Assembly (NCBI RefSeq): GCF_964355755.1
Contig: NC_092678.1
Location: forward strand, 4,666,422 to 4,730,421
Direction: 5' to 3'
Length of the DNA: 64,000 bases
Source of the DNA: Antedon mediterranea
Taxonomy: Eukaryota > Animalia > Echinodermata
The first letter of the stretch is position 1. Each line of letters starts with the position of its first letter. The notes below the pieces were generated by a model. That model saw only the letters and a list, made by a program, of their open reading frames with translations, was not told the origin of the DNA and did not search any database. A program made the position numbers and the translations under genes. Below are positions 1-14,869 of the stretch, piece by piece.

Positions 1-1081
1 CAGATCACAATTTGTTCTTCTTTCTACATATTGGTTGACAATCACGCTGGTTTCTTTTCTGCATTTTTCTTTTTGTCCTTTGAGTGTCTTCCATACTAAC
101 GTGCAAAAGGTGTACTTGTACTAATAACTTGGCTATTTTAGTTGCTCTTCTATCTGCATGTTTCTAGCAAAATGTTAATGATTTTAAAGTCATTGATCAG
201 TAGACACATCAATATAATATATAGTATTTTATATTGCAATTCATTAAACATTGATGTGTTTCATTTTTAATCTGGTTTAATTTACTTTTTGGATTTAATT
301 TGATTACCAGTTCTGATTTTATATTTCTTATTAAAATACTGATTTTTTTTGCAGTAATATTAGTAATAGGTATTATTCTGTGGCATGAAAACTCCAATCT
401 TTTTCTTCTCCGCTATCAAATGTTTTCTAAGCAAACAACATTTTTTTTTTCATTTGGAGACTTTGAGATCATTTCCTTCCCTTACTTTCTAATTATCTGG
501 TTATTTCTTTTAATATTGCGTGATTAAATAATTCAAGTTCTGAATGAAACGCATTTTATCAAGTTTTGAATTTGCAATTATAAGAAGGAATTCTGATAAT
601 GTAGTTTGTAAATTTGCATGCTAATGAGAAATTAAATATTTTCATTGTAGTATTTATTTTTAGAAAACAAAATCTAGAAGTTGTAGATAAATGGAGGCCT
701 TTTGTGTTTTTGGAAATGAAATTTAAAAAAAAGAAAAGATAAATAGACCGATACTGATAATAAATAATAAAATAAGTTATATCATATGCTCCAAACAAAT
801 CAACTATTTTGTTGTTAGAATATTCTTTAATTTTGTATATATTTTGAATAGCATACCTCTAGTAGTGCTGTACTAACGCTGCACATACTGTACAGGAGTT
901 TGTGTTTTACTTTTAATCATTTTCAGTTTTTGCATTAAAATACTTTCGTCTTTTTGTTTAAATCTTACACTGCTTATCTAATACACATTTCTCTTTATTT
1001 TTAGAATATTAATTTATTTGAGATGTTACAAGCAAACTACCAACATTTCCATTTGAATAAATATTATTATTGTATCTCTAG

Positions 1082-1269
1082 GATCCGCAGTACCCTCACC
1101 ACCAATGGCACCGCCTCCACCAGTGGCACCGCCTCCCCCAACTTCTTCAGCTTCGCCTCAAACAAACGGATCAACTCCAAAGAGAGGTGCCCTGTTAAGT
1201 TCTATTCAAACGTTCAACGCTGGAAAGTTGAAAAAGACCGACACATGTATGAAAAACGCAGTTGGATAA
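1082..1269 (+). CDS. PXK: Terminal coding exon of PX-domain kinase-like protein (PXK/MONaKA): poly-proline plus C-terminal WH2 motif
   Basis: Acceptor tctag ends at 1081. The frame reads (G)SAVPSPPMAPPPPVAPPPPTSS...KRGALLSSIQTFNAGKLKKTDTCMKNAVG* (TAA 1267-1269), matching the vertebrate PXK C-terminus as I recall it (RGALLSSIQNFQKGTLRKAKTC). AATAAA at 2045-2050. Upstream exons were not found in the window. Missed by the ORF track. Confidence 0.8.
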
Positions 1270-2500
1270 ATCATGAATGTCAAACAAGAATACAGAAATG
1301 AATTATATTTTTGTGTGCTTTTATAATAATTGCATTGTCATCATTTGTAAGTAAGTGTTGGTTTGAAAGTGTTACTTAATTATCTTATAAATATAGAAAC
1401 TTAGCTAGGATAAATTATACTCAGTGTATAACGCAATAACTAATAGTATTGCAGCTAATGTATTTGGCAGTCCGTTTCTCTCGTGCCTGTCAAATTTATA
1501 TATACATATATTTTATAACTTGTAAATATACTGATGCAGTAGCTTTTGTCTTTACCGCAAATTCTGGTTAGAATTATTTCAGGATCCATTTTATATATTA
1601 AGAAATATTTTAGGATTTTGGCAAGAGTTTCAGATTATTATAGCATCTTTTGGTCATTCTTATAACATTTGAGGTAGGTAGGTAGGTGAATGCAGAAACT
1701 TTTTTAAATGATATAACAGTTTTCTCAACATCGTAATTCAGCCAACATCAAATGGCTATTTTGAAGTCGTGGATTTGATGTGCTGATAAACTATAAAATC
1801 TTGTACTTCACAATCTGTCCATTTTATGTTTTCTAGTCTGCTTATTCATTTTGGTGCTACAATCCCAAAATTATATTATGTATATCATCATATATATCAT
1901 GTACTTACAACCAAAACATACCTTATTTATATCTTGTTTCTATCTAATTCATAATTTTATATTCTATTCTAATACTGCAAATTAACTAATTTTTGTTTTT
2001 AATTGTATTAAATCATCTTTTTTTTTATTTACATCATCTTTGATAATAAAGTATTAAGTATTTGTTTGTCTAATGTACTGAAAATATGTTACTTTTTTGT
2101 TACACAGTACTTGATTGGCTTAATGATTGTATTATTATTTTGTATAGCATTGTATATAAGAATATATGATTCTATCTGTAACTATTAAATCAAAATCAGA
2201 TTTGTACATAATTTTTACTTTGTTTGAATGTTATAGATCATGTTTTAATTGTTGTGAGGGAAATGATAAAAACATTTTGTTTCTTTTACACATTTTCTCA
2301 ACAAAAAAAATGAAACACAATCGCCTCACTTATGACGATCTTTATTCCGGATACTGTTGAAAAAAAATTGTAACATTGTACATGTCAAATAATTAATTGT
2401 TTTGGTGGAGAATGCTATATAAAATACACTAATTGCAGCAGTTTTAACACTCCACACTTCTATTTATACAGTTTTTAATTTATGATAAATAACTCTATTT

Positions 2501-4478
<1,978 letters not shown>

Positions 4479-4841
4479 GATTTATGGTATTTGTTCCGGG
4501 AAGCCTGGCACAAGAATGATTTTTTCCCTAGAAGAAAAATGGTTAAGCGCGCATGTAAAGCCTAGCCTACCAAAAGTTTCTCGCGTTAAGGATTAATAAT
4601 TTTAGAACGAGGCTGCAGAGTATGACCTTTTGAGTTTCGCAATACGGTCATCGAATCTGACCAATAGGAATGCAAGGAATTCCGTGACGTTCGATTTAGA
4701 AGACCGGTAGCACGCTCACCACCGTCGTCGGTGTTCTTGACTCTCAAAAAGTTCTTTATTTTATATTTTTCCGAATATAAACTGACCGATAATTGTGTCA
4801 GCCGGTTATCTGAGTTATTAGCTAAATATATCAAATTCAAA
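4479..4841. promoter_or_regulatory. Bidirectional promoter between PDHB and SLC25A3
   Basis: Head-to-head ATGs 363 bp apart in a locally CpG-richer stretch. CCAAT at 4661-4665, CRE-like TGACGT at 4685-4690, partial NRF1-like GCGCGCATGT at 4547-4556. Confidence 0.75.
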
Positions 4842-7249
4842 ATGCTTTCTTCTATATACAGTTCACTGAAAAGTGATTCTTTCAAGAATCCGTTTTCCTC
4901 AACCGCGAAGGCTAGCTCGCCGGTTGATCTTCTTGCGGGAGGAAGTGATGTTCCAGCCACAAGAAATATAGCTGCCGCTTCGACTGGAAGTAAGTTAGCC
5001 TAGGCTAGGTACACTAGGGTATGATGATGAATTTTTGCATAAACAATACCATAACCTTTGGTTTAAAGAGAACGGAGGAGGTTGATGTCATTCTAATCTT
5101 TAGTCCCTTTTTAATATTATAACCAAACTCACTTAGCAGACAGAACAGCAGAGTACAAAATAGTGGTGACATGAATGACTCACTAATTTTGTAAATACGA
5201 TTTCCTACTGCAGCTGGCCCAGGACAGGCCTTAGCTAGCTAGACCTGATACTGATAAAAAAAATAATAACTTTATAAGCATGTTATTTTTACCTCCATGG
5301 CATTACATAGAAATTTGTTCCAGAATTTTTTTTTTTTTTTAGGCACAGAGACTGTGGAGTGGATTATTATTATTTATTGAAATGTATCTTTTTTTTTTGT
5401 ATTAATTTATATAGATAGTTGTGAATTTGGTTCCTCTAAATATTATGCACTTTGTGGATTTGGTGGTATTCTTAGTTGTGGGCTTACACATACAGCAGTT
5501 GTACCTCTGGATTTGGTGAAATGTAGAATTCAGGTAAAGTATCTCCATACAGATGACAAGATTATTTTTGATTTTTTTTTCTGTAATTACTAGACCATTA
5601 AAAAAAGAGTAGTTGCCATAACACATTTTTAGATGTTCCAGTTTTCAATATCTCTTAGTTTTCCTGATTCAAATTTCATTATTCCCCTGTTTTATAATGA
5701 AAAAGGACATCATACATGTGCTTTAATAATAGGCAATTTGTCTAAAAAAATTGATATCTTTTTACTGTTTTACAAAGGCCCGTTTACCCATAGACAAAGT
5801 TTTTTTTAAAACCATTACTGATTCGGCCTGTGACATTTTCTTCTATGTTTCCCTTTTATTTTTCAGGTTGATCCAGACAAATACAAAAATGTGTTTCATG
5901 GATTCCGTACGACCTTGTCAGAGGAAGGTGTTCGAGCCCTTGGTAAAGGGTGGGCTCCAACCCTCATAGGCTATTCCATGCAGGGACTTTGCAAATTTGG
6001 CTTCTATGAAGTTTTTAAGATTACATACAGTAACCTTATTGGTGAGGTAATTATATTTGTATTGTTTGTATAATAATCACTGTTACCCCCAGTTAGTCTC
6101 CAGTTAGTTTTAACTCCAGCTACTAGTACTATAACTGGACAAGCTTAATACAGTCACCGCTTTAATTTTATTCTATTTTTTCATTAGGAAAATTCGTACC
6201 TGTACAGAACATCGTTATATCTGGCTGCAAGTGCAAGTGCCGAGTTCTTTGCTGACATAGCACTGGCCCCGATGGAAGCAGTGAAGGTTAAGATTCAAAC
6301 ATCGCCAGGCTGGGCTAACACTTTAAGAGAAGGCGTCCCTAAATTGATGAATTCTGAAGGCATTAGAGGGTAAGCCTAACAACTTTCAATTCAAAGCAAC
6401 TAAACCAAGCATAATTTCATAAAATCAAATATACTTTATTCATCATCGAAAAAGAATAAAGAAATAAGAAAAATAGGTTGATAAAAAAAAAATTCTAAAT
6501 TTTCTTCTATTCAGTGTAAGCCATGAGATACACACCATTATAGAATTTGATATTAATTAAATAATTGTTATTTTATATTTTAGATTCTACAAAGGACTTC
6601 CTCCTCTATGGCTGCGACAGATCCCATACACTATGATGAAATTTGCATGTTTTGAGCGTACTGTAGAGGCTCTGTACAAATTTGTGGTTCCCAAACCACG
6701 ATCGGAATGCACTAAAGGCGAACAGCTTGTTGTCACATTTGTCGCTGGTTATATTGGTAAGATTCAATTTCAACAAACTAAACAATAGGGACTTGTAATG
6801 TTGACAATGCCATGGTTAGAATCATTGTAGAATATTCACTGTTAATTTATAATACTCTTCATTTCCTTTTGTATAGCTGGTGTATTTTGTGCCATTGTTT
6901 CTCATCCCGCTGACTCTGTTGTCTCTAAGTTGAACAAGGAGGTCGGTAGCACTCCACTGCAAGCTGCTAAAGATCTTGGAATGGCTGGTAAGTACCACCG
7001 CCAGTACAATGTTCAAGAGGGACGCATGTCGATATTATGGCTTGATTGTGTGTTTGATGTGTTGAAACTGTTGTTTTTTTAGGTTTATGGAAAGGTCTAG
7101 GACCACGTATAATCATGATTGGTACGCTAACTGCCCTTCAGTGGTTTATTTATGATTCGGTCAAAGTATACTTCAGGTTGCCACGCCCTCCTCCACCGGA
7201 GATGCCAGAAAGCTTGAAGAAGAAATTGGCTGCCAAGGAATCGCAGTAA
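4842..7249 (+). CDS. SLC25A3: Mitochondrial phosphate carrier (PiC), 7 exons, 359 aa
   Basis: Exons 4842-4989, 5415-5533, 5867-6046, 6188-6369, 6584-6756, 6877-6987, 7083-7249. GT-AG and phase-consistent, total 1080 nt. Motifs [91 protein letters not shown] at 7594-7599. Confidence 0.97.
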
Positions 7250-7700
7250 ATTAACAATTGATGCATAATTGAAACACCTGCTGTAGTACTAAGTATAATA
7301 TAATATTCTTCAATTAACTATTTAACCAAAATATATAAAGAATTTGACAAACACTGCTAAAGTTAATTAAATATTCTTCTTATTATAGATGGACAGTAAT
7401 GATTTATTAAACTTTGTCACTAATATTTAAAGTAATCCAGTCCTCTTTGAATCTGCAAATTAGGTAGCATTCAGTCTTTGATGTGTTCATTTTAATAAGT
7501 CACCGTTACCAATTGTATATTTTAATCTGCAGTGAGTTGATGTAAACAAATTTTGGTTAAATTATTGTAACTGTGTACATCTCTACTTCATGGAATAAAC
7601 AATTTATCAGATGTTGAACCTTATTTGAACTAATTTTTTATTTTTATTGCAATGACCATAGAACAAAAACTGTTTCTAAACCAACTTTAGGATATATTCA

Positions 7701-9830
7701 TATTTCCATAATACTGAATCAATACCTTGTTTGACAAATTTTGCCTTTCATAATATTCAATCAATACCTTACTTGATGAAATTTTCCTTCCATGATGCTG
7801 AATCAATACCATTTTTGACGAATTTTGCCTTCCATAATATTGAACCAATACCTTGTTTGACGAAATTTGCCTTCCATAACATTGAATCAATACCTTGTTT
7901 GCCGAAATTTGCCTTGCATAATACTGAATCAATACCTTGTTTGACGAATTTTGCCTTCCATAATATTAAATCAATACCTTGTTTGGTGAATTTTGCCTTC
8001 CATCATATTTAATCAATATCTTGTTTGACGAAATTTGCCTTCCATAATACTGAATCAAGACCTTGTTTGACGAATTTTGCCTTCCATAATATTAAATCAA
8101 TACCTTGTTTAGAATGAAATTTGCCTTCCGTAATATTCATGAATCTATTTTTTGACGAATGTTGCCTTCCATAATACTGAATCAATACCCTATTATCGAC
8201 GAAATTTGCCTTTCATAATACTGAATCAATACCCTTTATCGACGAAATTTGCCTTCCATAAAACTGAATCAATACCCTTTATTGACGAAATTTGCCTTCC
8301 ATAATACTGAATCAATACCCTTTTATTGACGAAATTTGCCTTTCATAAAACTGAATCAATACCCTTTTATTGACGAAATGTGCCTTCCATAAAACTGAAT
8401 CAATACCCTTTATTGACGAAATGTGCCTTCCATAAAACTGAATCAATACCCTTTATTGACGAAATTTGCCTTCCATAATACTAAATCAATACCCTGTTAT
8501 TGACGAAATTTGCCTTTCATAAAACTGAATCAATACCCTTTATTGACGAAATTTGCCTTCCATAATACTGAATCAATACCCTTTTATTGACGAAATTGGC
8601 CTTCCATAAAACTGAATCAATACCCTTTTATTGACGAAATTTGCCTTCCATAATACTGAATCAATACCCTTTATTGACGAAATTTGCCTTCCATAATACT
8701 AAATCAATACCCTTTATTGACGAAATTTGCCTTCCATAAAACTGAATCAATACCCTTTATTGACGAAATTTGCCTTCCATATAACTGAATCAATACCCTT
8801 TTATTGACGAAATTTGCCTTTCATAAAACTGAATCAATACCCTTTTATTGACGAAATTTGCCTTCCATAAAACTGAATCAATACCCTTTATTGACGAAAT
8901 TTGCCTTTCATAATACTGAATCAATACCCTTTTATTGACGAAATTTGCCTTCCATAATACTGAATCAATACCCTTTATTGACGAAATTGGCCTTCCATAA
9001 AACTGAATCAATACCCTGTTTATTGACGAAATTTGCCTTCCATAATACTGAATCAATACCCTTTTATTGACGAAATTTGCCTTTCATAAAACTGAATCAA
9101 TACCCTTTTATTGACGAAATTTGCCTTCCATAAAACTGAATCAATACCCTTTATTGACGAAATTTGCCTTCCATAAAACTGAATCAATACCCTGTTTATT
9201 GACGAAATTTGCCTTCCATAATACTGAATCAATACCTTTTTATTGACGAAATTTGCCTTCCATAATACTGAATAAATACCATTTTATTGACGAAATTTGC
9301 CTTCCATAATACTGAATCAATACCCTATTATCGACGAAATTTGCCTTCCATAAAACTGAATCAATACCCTTTATTGACGAAATTTGCCTTCCATAATACT
9401 GAATCAATACCATTTTATTGACGAAATTTGCCTTCCATAATACTGAATCAATACCCTATTATCGACGAAATTTGCCTTCCATAAAACTGAATCAATACCC
9501 TTTATTGACGAAATTTGCCTTCCATAATACTGAATCAATACCATTTTATTGACGAAATTTGCCTTCCATAATACTGAATCAATACCCTATTATCGACGAA
9601 ATTTGCCTTCCATAAAACTGAATCAATACCCTTATTGACGAAATTTGCCTTCCATAATACTGAATCAGTACCCTATTATTGACGAAATTTGCCTTCCATA
9701 AAACTGAATAAATACCCTTTTTTGACGAAATGTGCCTTCCATAATACTGAATCAATACCCTTTTATTGACGAAATTTGCCTTCCATAAAACTAAATCAAT
9801 ACCCTTTATTGACGAAATTTGCGTTCCATA
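7701..9830. repeat. Satellite A, 42-45 bp unit (TTCCATAATACTGAATCAATACCCTTTATTGACGAAATTTGCC), ~49 copies
   Basis: Direct tandem periodicity. More diverged 42-bp units on the left, homogeneous 43-44-bp units on the right. Confidence 0.95.
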
Positions 9831-9898
9831 TCAATACTGGCCTCCCATTACATCATTCTCGTTGTTGTTTAAAATAATGATTTAAAATTCAGTGAATC

Positions 9899-9959
9899 AT
9901 GGAGATAGTGCCTATCAACATTTTGAACGAGAGGTGGTTAGAATTAGAGAGTGATCCAG
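9899..9959 (+). CDS. BAP1: BAP1/calypso-like first coding exon (orphan; no downstream exons found)
   Basis: ATG at 9899 reads MEIVPINILNERWLELESDP+G, then GT donor (gtaaaa) at 9960. WLELESDPG with a phase-1 intron in the Gly codon is the BAP1 N-terminal signature. Exon 2 (LFTLLVEDF) was not seen, so this may be a pseudogene fragment. Confidence 0.6.
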
Positions 9960-10005
9960 GTAAAAATTGCTTATTTGTTTATTGATAATATTATTTTAAT
10001 GTAAA

Positions 10006-10392
10006 GCCAGGCCTATTTGAGCTAGGCCTAGCCTATATAGGCTAGCTAGGCTAGGCCCTAGGCCTACTAGCTAGTACTAGTAGGCCTACTACGGCCTATT
10101 TGAGCTAGGCCCAGGCCTGGGCCAGGCCTACTACTATACTAGGCTAGAGCTAGCTTTAGCTAGGCCTCCTAGAGGCTAGGCCTAGAGTTAGGCCTAGCTA
10201 GCCTAGGCCGCCCCTCCTAGCATAGGCTAGCCTAGCCCAGGCAGGCCTTCTAGTTAGGCCTGCCTGGCTGGCTGGGCTAGCTAGCTACTAGGCCTGGGCC
10301 GGAGGGTCTGCCTAGACTTAGTTTAGGCCGTCCTCCTAAATGGCTAGCCTAGAGGCTAGATTAAATTTGAAGAGATAACCTAGGCCTAGGCA
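10006..10392. repeat. Low-complexity patch built from short palindromes CTAG/GGCC/AGCT (TAGGCCTA, CTAGCTAG)
   Basis: Non-periodic mosaic of overlapping 4-8 bp palindromes, GC-richer than its flanks. Confidence 0.85.
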
Positions 10393-10590
10393 AAGTTGAA
10401 GAAAATGAGATTTAAAATGTCATTTTTTGGCCGCCAGATAATAATTATCTGGCGGCCACCACATATTTAAGTAGTGTCCGGCAGATAATAACTTATACTT
10501 TATAGGCCTAGAGTTAATTATCTGTCTGACTCTGTATTGCGTGACCAACAAGTATGTCTATTGTTTGTGTGCGTTGACATGGCCCGGTCT

Positions 10591-11153
10591 GGTTATCAGA
10601 CAATCGGGACCCAGACGATCGGGCCCAAATCGTGAGACGATCAGGCCCAAATCTTGAGACGATCGGGCCCAAATCGTGAGACGATCGGGCCCATCAAGGG
10701 TGAAAGACGATCGGACCCAGAGACGATCGGGCCCAGACGATCGGGCCCAACAAACAAGACGATTGGGCCCAAAACATTCTTGGAAAACTTTTAATAAATA
10801 ACACAATAATAACAATCAAAATCAATCACATTTATTCATAAATCGAGAATAATTATTGGTAAGACATTCTTAAAACCAGTGTTGTTAGGACTTAAATAGG
10901 GGAAAATTATGATAAAATCAGAAAAAATCTAATTAACCTTTTTAATTAAAATCTTAATTACGCAAGAAAAGCACGACACTAGGACTAGGAATGAAAAATG
11001 ATGAAATGTGGCACATTATTTTATATAACACAAAAGACTATCGGGCCCAACGCGTATGACGATCTTGCCCAACGCTGAAGACGATCGGGACCACGTTTTC
11101 TGGGCCCGATCTTCTTGAGCCCGATCGTCCGTGGTCCCGATCGTCTGTTCCCC
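10591..11153. mobile_element. Non-autonomous Mutator-like (MULE) MITE with repetitive TIRs
   Basis: Termini GGTTATCAGAC...GTCTGTTCCCC. Subterminal GACGATCGGGCCCA repeats are inverted at the right end. 9-bp TSD GCCCGGTCT (10582-10590) / GCCTGGTCT (11154-11162) with one mismatch. Confidence 0.7.
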
Positions 11154-11379
11154 GCCTGGTCTACTATGTCAAGTTTGATCTTATTTTGAAGAGAAGAATA
11201 GGTTCTGATGAAGAGATGAGTTTTGTTATGAAATATTTATTTTTGTGCATTTGGTAGTCAAAGATAAATTACAAATTTTTAATAATTTTTTTAATGTCTG
11301 TGTTTAAAAAAAAAGTTAGGGTTAATTATATGACATATGCTTTTTAGGTCCCAGGGGCGCAAAATAAACTTAGGGGTCA

Positions 11380-13372
11380 CCAGATAATAAGCGGTGGATG
11401 CAAGATAATTAATTAGTGGACGCCAGATAATAACCGGTGGCTGCAAGATAATTAAGTGGCATCCACCAGATAATAACCGGTGGCTGCAAGATAATTAAGT
11501 GGTGGACGCCAGATAATAACCGGTGGCTGCAAGATAATTAAGTGGCATCCACCAAATAATAACCGGTGGCTGCAAGATAATTAAGTGGCATCCACCAGAT
11601 AATAACCGGTGGCTGCAAGATAATTTAGTGGCATCCACCAGATAATTTACCGCGGTGGATGCAAGATAATTTAGTGGCATCCACCAGATAATAACCGGTG
11701 GCTGCAAGATAATTTAGTGGCATCCACCAGATAATAACCGGTAGCTGCAAGATAATTAAGTGGCATCCACCAGATAATAACCGGTGGCTGCAAGATAATT
11801 TAGTGGCATCCACCAGATAATAACCGGTGGCTGCAAGATAATTTAGTGGCATCCACCAGATAATAACCGGTGGCTGCAAGATAATTAAGTGGCATCCACC
11901 AGATAATAACCGGTGGCTGCAAGATAATTTAGTGGCATCCACCAGACAATAACCGATGGCTGCAAGATAATTTAGTGGCATCCACCAGATAATAACCGGT
12001 GGCTGCAAGATAATTAAGTGGCATCCACCAGATAATAACCGGTGGCTGCAAGATAATTAAGTGGCATCCACCAGATAATAACCGGTGGCTGCAAGATAAT
12101 TTAGTGGCATCCACCAGACAATAACCGATGGCTGCAAGATAATTTAGTGGCATCCACCAGATAATAACCGGTGGCTGCAAGATAATTAAGTGGCATCCAC
12201 CAGATAATAACCGGTGGCTGCAAGATAATTTAGTGGCATCCACCAGATAATAACCGGTGGCTGCAAGATAATTTAGTGGCATCCACCAGATAATAACCGG
12301 TGGCTGCAAGATAATTTAGTGGCATCCACCAGACAATAACCGATGGCTGCAAGATAATTTAGTGGCATCCACCAGATAATAACCGGTGGCTGCAAGATAA
12401 TTTAGTGGCATCCACCAGATAATAACCGGTGGCTGCAAGATAATTAAGTGGCATCCACCAGATAATAACCGGTGGCTGCAAGATAATTTAGTGGCATCCA
12501 CCAGACAATAACCGATGGCTGCAAGATAATTTAGTGGCATCCACCAGATAATAACCGGTGGCTGCAAGATAATTAAGTGGCATCCACCAGATAATAACCG
12601 GTGGCTGCAAGATAATTAAGTGGCCTCCACCAGATAATAACCGGTGGCTGCAAGATAATTTAGTGGCATCCACCAGATAATAACCGGTGGCTGCAAGATA
12701 ATTTAGTGGCATCCACCAGATAATAACCAGTGGCTGCAAGATAATTAAGTGGCATCCACCAGATAATAACTGGTGGCTGCAAGATAATTTAGTGGCATCC
12801 ACCAGATAATAACCGGTGGCTGCAAGATAATTTAGTGGCATCCACCAGATAATAACCGCGGTGGATGCAAGATAATTTAGTGGCATCCACCAGATAATAA
12901 CCGGTGGCTGCAAGATAATTTAGTGGCATCCAACAGATAATAACCGGCGGCTGCAAGATAATTAAGTGGCATCCACCAGATAATAACCGGTGGCTGCAAG
13001 ATAATTTAGTGGCATCCACCAGATAATAACCGGTGGCTGCAAGATAATTTAGTGGCATCCACCAGATAATAACCGGTGGCTGCAAGATAATTTAGTGGCA
13101 TCCACCAGATAATAACCGGTGGCTGCAAGATAATTAAGTGGCATCCATCAGATAATAACCGGTGGCTGCAAGATAATTTAGTGGCATCCACCAGATAATA
13201 ACCGGTGGCTGCAAGATAATTAAGTGGCATCCACCAGATAATAACCGGTGGCTGCAAGATAATTTAGTGGCATCCACCAGATAATAAACGGTGGCTGCAA
13301 GATAATTTAGTGGCATCCACCAGATAATAACCGGTGGCTGCAAGATAATTTAGTGGCATCCGACAAGTAATT
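11380..13372. repeat. Satellite B, 43-bp unit (CCAGATAATAACCGGTGGCTGCAAGATAATTTAGTGGCATCCA), ~46 copies
   Basis: Highly homogeneous tandem array. The unit is a dimer of related ~21/22-bp AGATAAT subunits. Confidence 0.95.
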
Positions 13373-14094
13373 AAGTCTCTATTTTGTGTTTATATAGTAT
13401 TATACTGCAAACACAAAATAGAGAACTCACTATTTACCAAAATGTTATTTTCTTCAGGTCATAATGGCATAATCCCAATGTTCTACCGTATGACGTACAC
13501 GTGGCATTTATCATGCGGATAAATATCCAAAGTATTCCAAGATTAATTAATATTATTAAATGTTATATTTTATATTTCAGCTTTTATGGAACAAGATAAT
13601 GAACACATGCAGTAAAAAAAATGGAAAATAAATGTACAAAATCCTGAATATAATGAAAATTCAGATGTTGAGAGTGAAAGCAATGAGGATGAGAGCGGTA
13701 AGAGTTTTTTGGTCATTTGTATGCAAAACCTTAAAATAAATAATGTTATTAGTTAAGGATTCTGTTTTAATCTCCAAATCGTACTAAATGTGAGGACTAA
13801 ATTTGTGTGTAGGCCTAACTAGTGACAGCTTGCATGCTGTGAGTAAAGTAGGCAAACACGGCAGCCTTTTTAGATACGATTTTACATACATCTTTCGGTT
13901 GTGTACTGTACTGACATTAATAAACATTAAACTGATGAGCACTTCTATCTACTCTCTTTTCTAAAACCAAGATTTATAAAATGTAAATATAACACAAAAT
14001 TGAAATATGAATTCTATCACTCAATCAATTAAGCCTCGCCAGTTTAGATAGATGGAATGAACAACCAAATGAACCAACACGTGTACGGTAATCT

Positions 14095-14760
14095 CTATTA
14101 GGTTCCAATTCTAATATTCCGAACCTAAAAATAATTAATGTTTGTACTGTATTTATAGCTTCCTTAGAATTTCGTCAACCACATCTAAACATGTTTTCAA
14201 CATCGTATGGACAAACACGACTTGATTGTAAAATTATATTCTTGAGTAGTTCTAATGTTCCCGACTTCAATGTATAGTGTTATGTATATTATATTTTTGT
14301 CCGTTTCCCTATACAAACTTTTTTCTACATCGACTTAGGTTTCAAAGTAATAAATGTTATGTTAATAGGTTGCGTAGAATTTCATTCACTCATCCCATCA
14401 AAACTTTCTTCCCACATGTTAATATATAAACAAATGAGATAATGACACGACTTCATTGCAGATTTAGGTTCCATTATCGCAAATGCATGTTGTTCCTGAC
14501 CTCAAAATAATTAGGGCTACATTATGTATTTAATAGGTTTCTTAGAATTTCTCTCACCGCCCCCATCCCATGAGATGATGACCTTATTGCAAAATTAGGT
14601 TCCATTATTGCAAATTCATGTTCTGTTTCCAACCTCAAAATAACTAGTATTATGTATTTAGCTTGCTTAGAATTTCACTCATCCCATCCAAACCTTTTCC
14701 CACATCATAATAAACAAACTAGATGACACAACTTCATTGCAAAATTAGGTTCCATTGCAT
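14095..14760. repeat. Diverged tandem repeat (AGGTTCCATT...CCTCAAAATAA...TTAGAATTTC...CATCCCATC), ~5 copies
   Basis: The same motif blocks recur in the same order at irregular spacing of roughly 100-170 bp. Confidence 0.55.
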
Positions 14761-14869
14761 TATGTTATATGCATTATCATGCACATAACTTTATTTATTC
14801 ATTTATTCTTTCCTTAGCACTATTTTGTCCGTCAATTTTTTAGATCAATTTCATCTAGTAATTAATCCT

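Noticed and set aside
1023-1301. ORF-track 92-aa protein
   Set aside because: Wrong frame. The real coding frame is the spliced PXK WH2 exon.
4990-5866. Mutually exclusive SLC25A3 exon pair (vertebrate 3A/3B)
   Set aside because: Only one such exon (3B-like, 5415-5533) is visible.
11315-11325. TTAGGG telomere-like motif (also CCTAACCCT at ~42814)
   Set aside because: Fewer than two units, so not an interstitial telomere.
11495-13343. Repeated minus-strand ORFs (QPPVIIWWMP...) and similar ORFs in 7.7-9, 18.1-18.5, 22-22.9, 26.7-27.1, 28.5-30.5 and 36 kb
   Set aside because: All are translations of tandem repeats.
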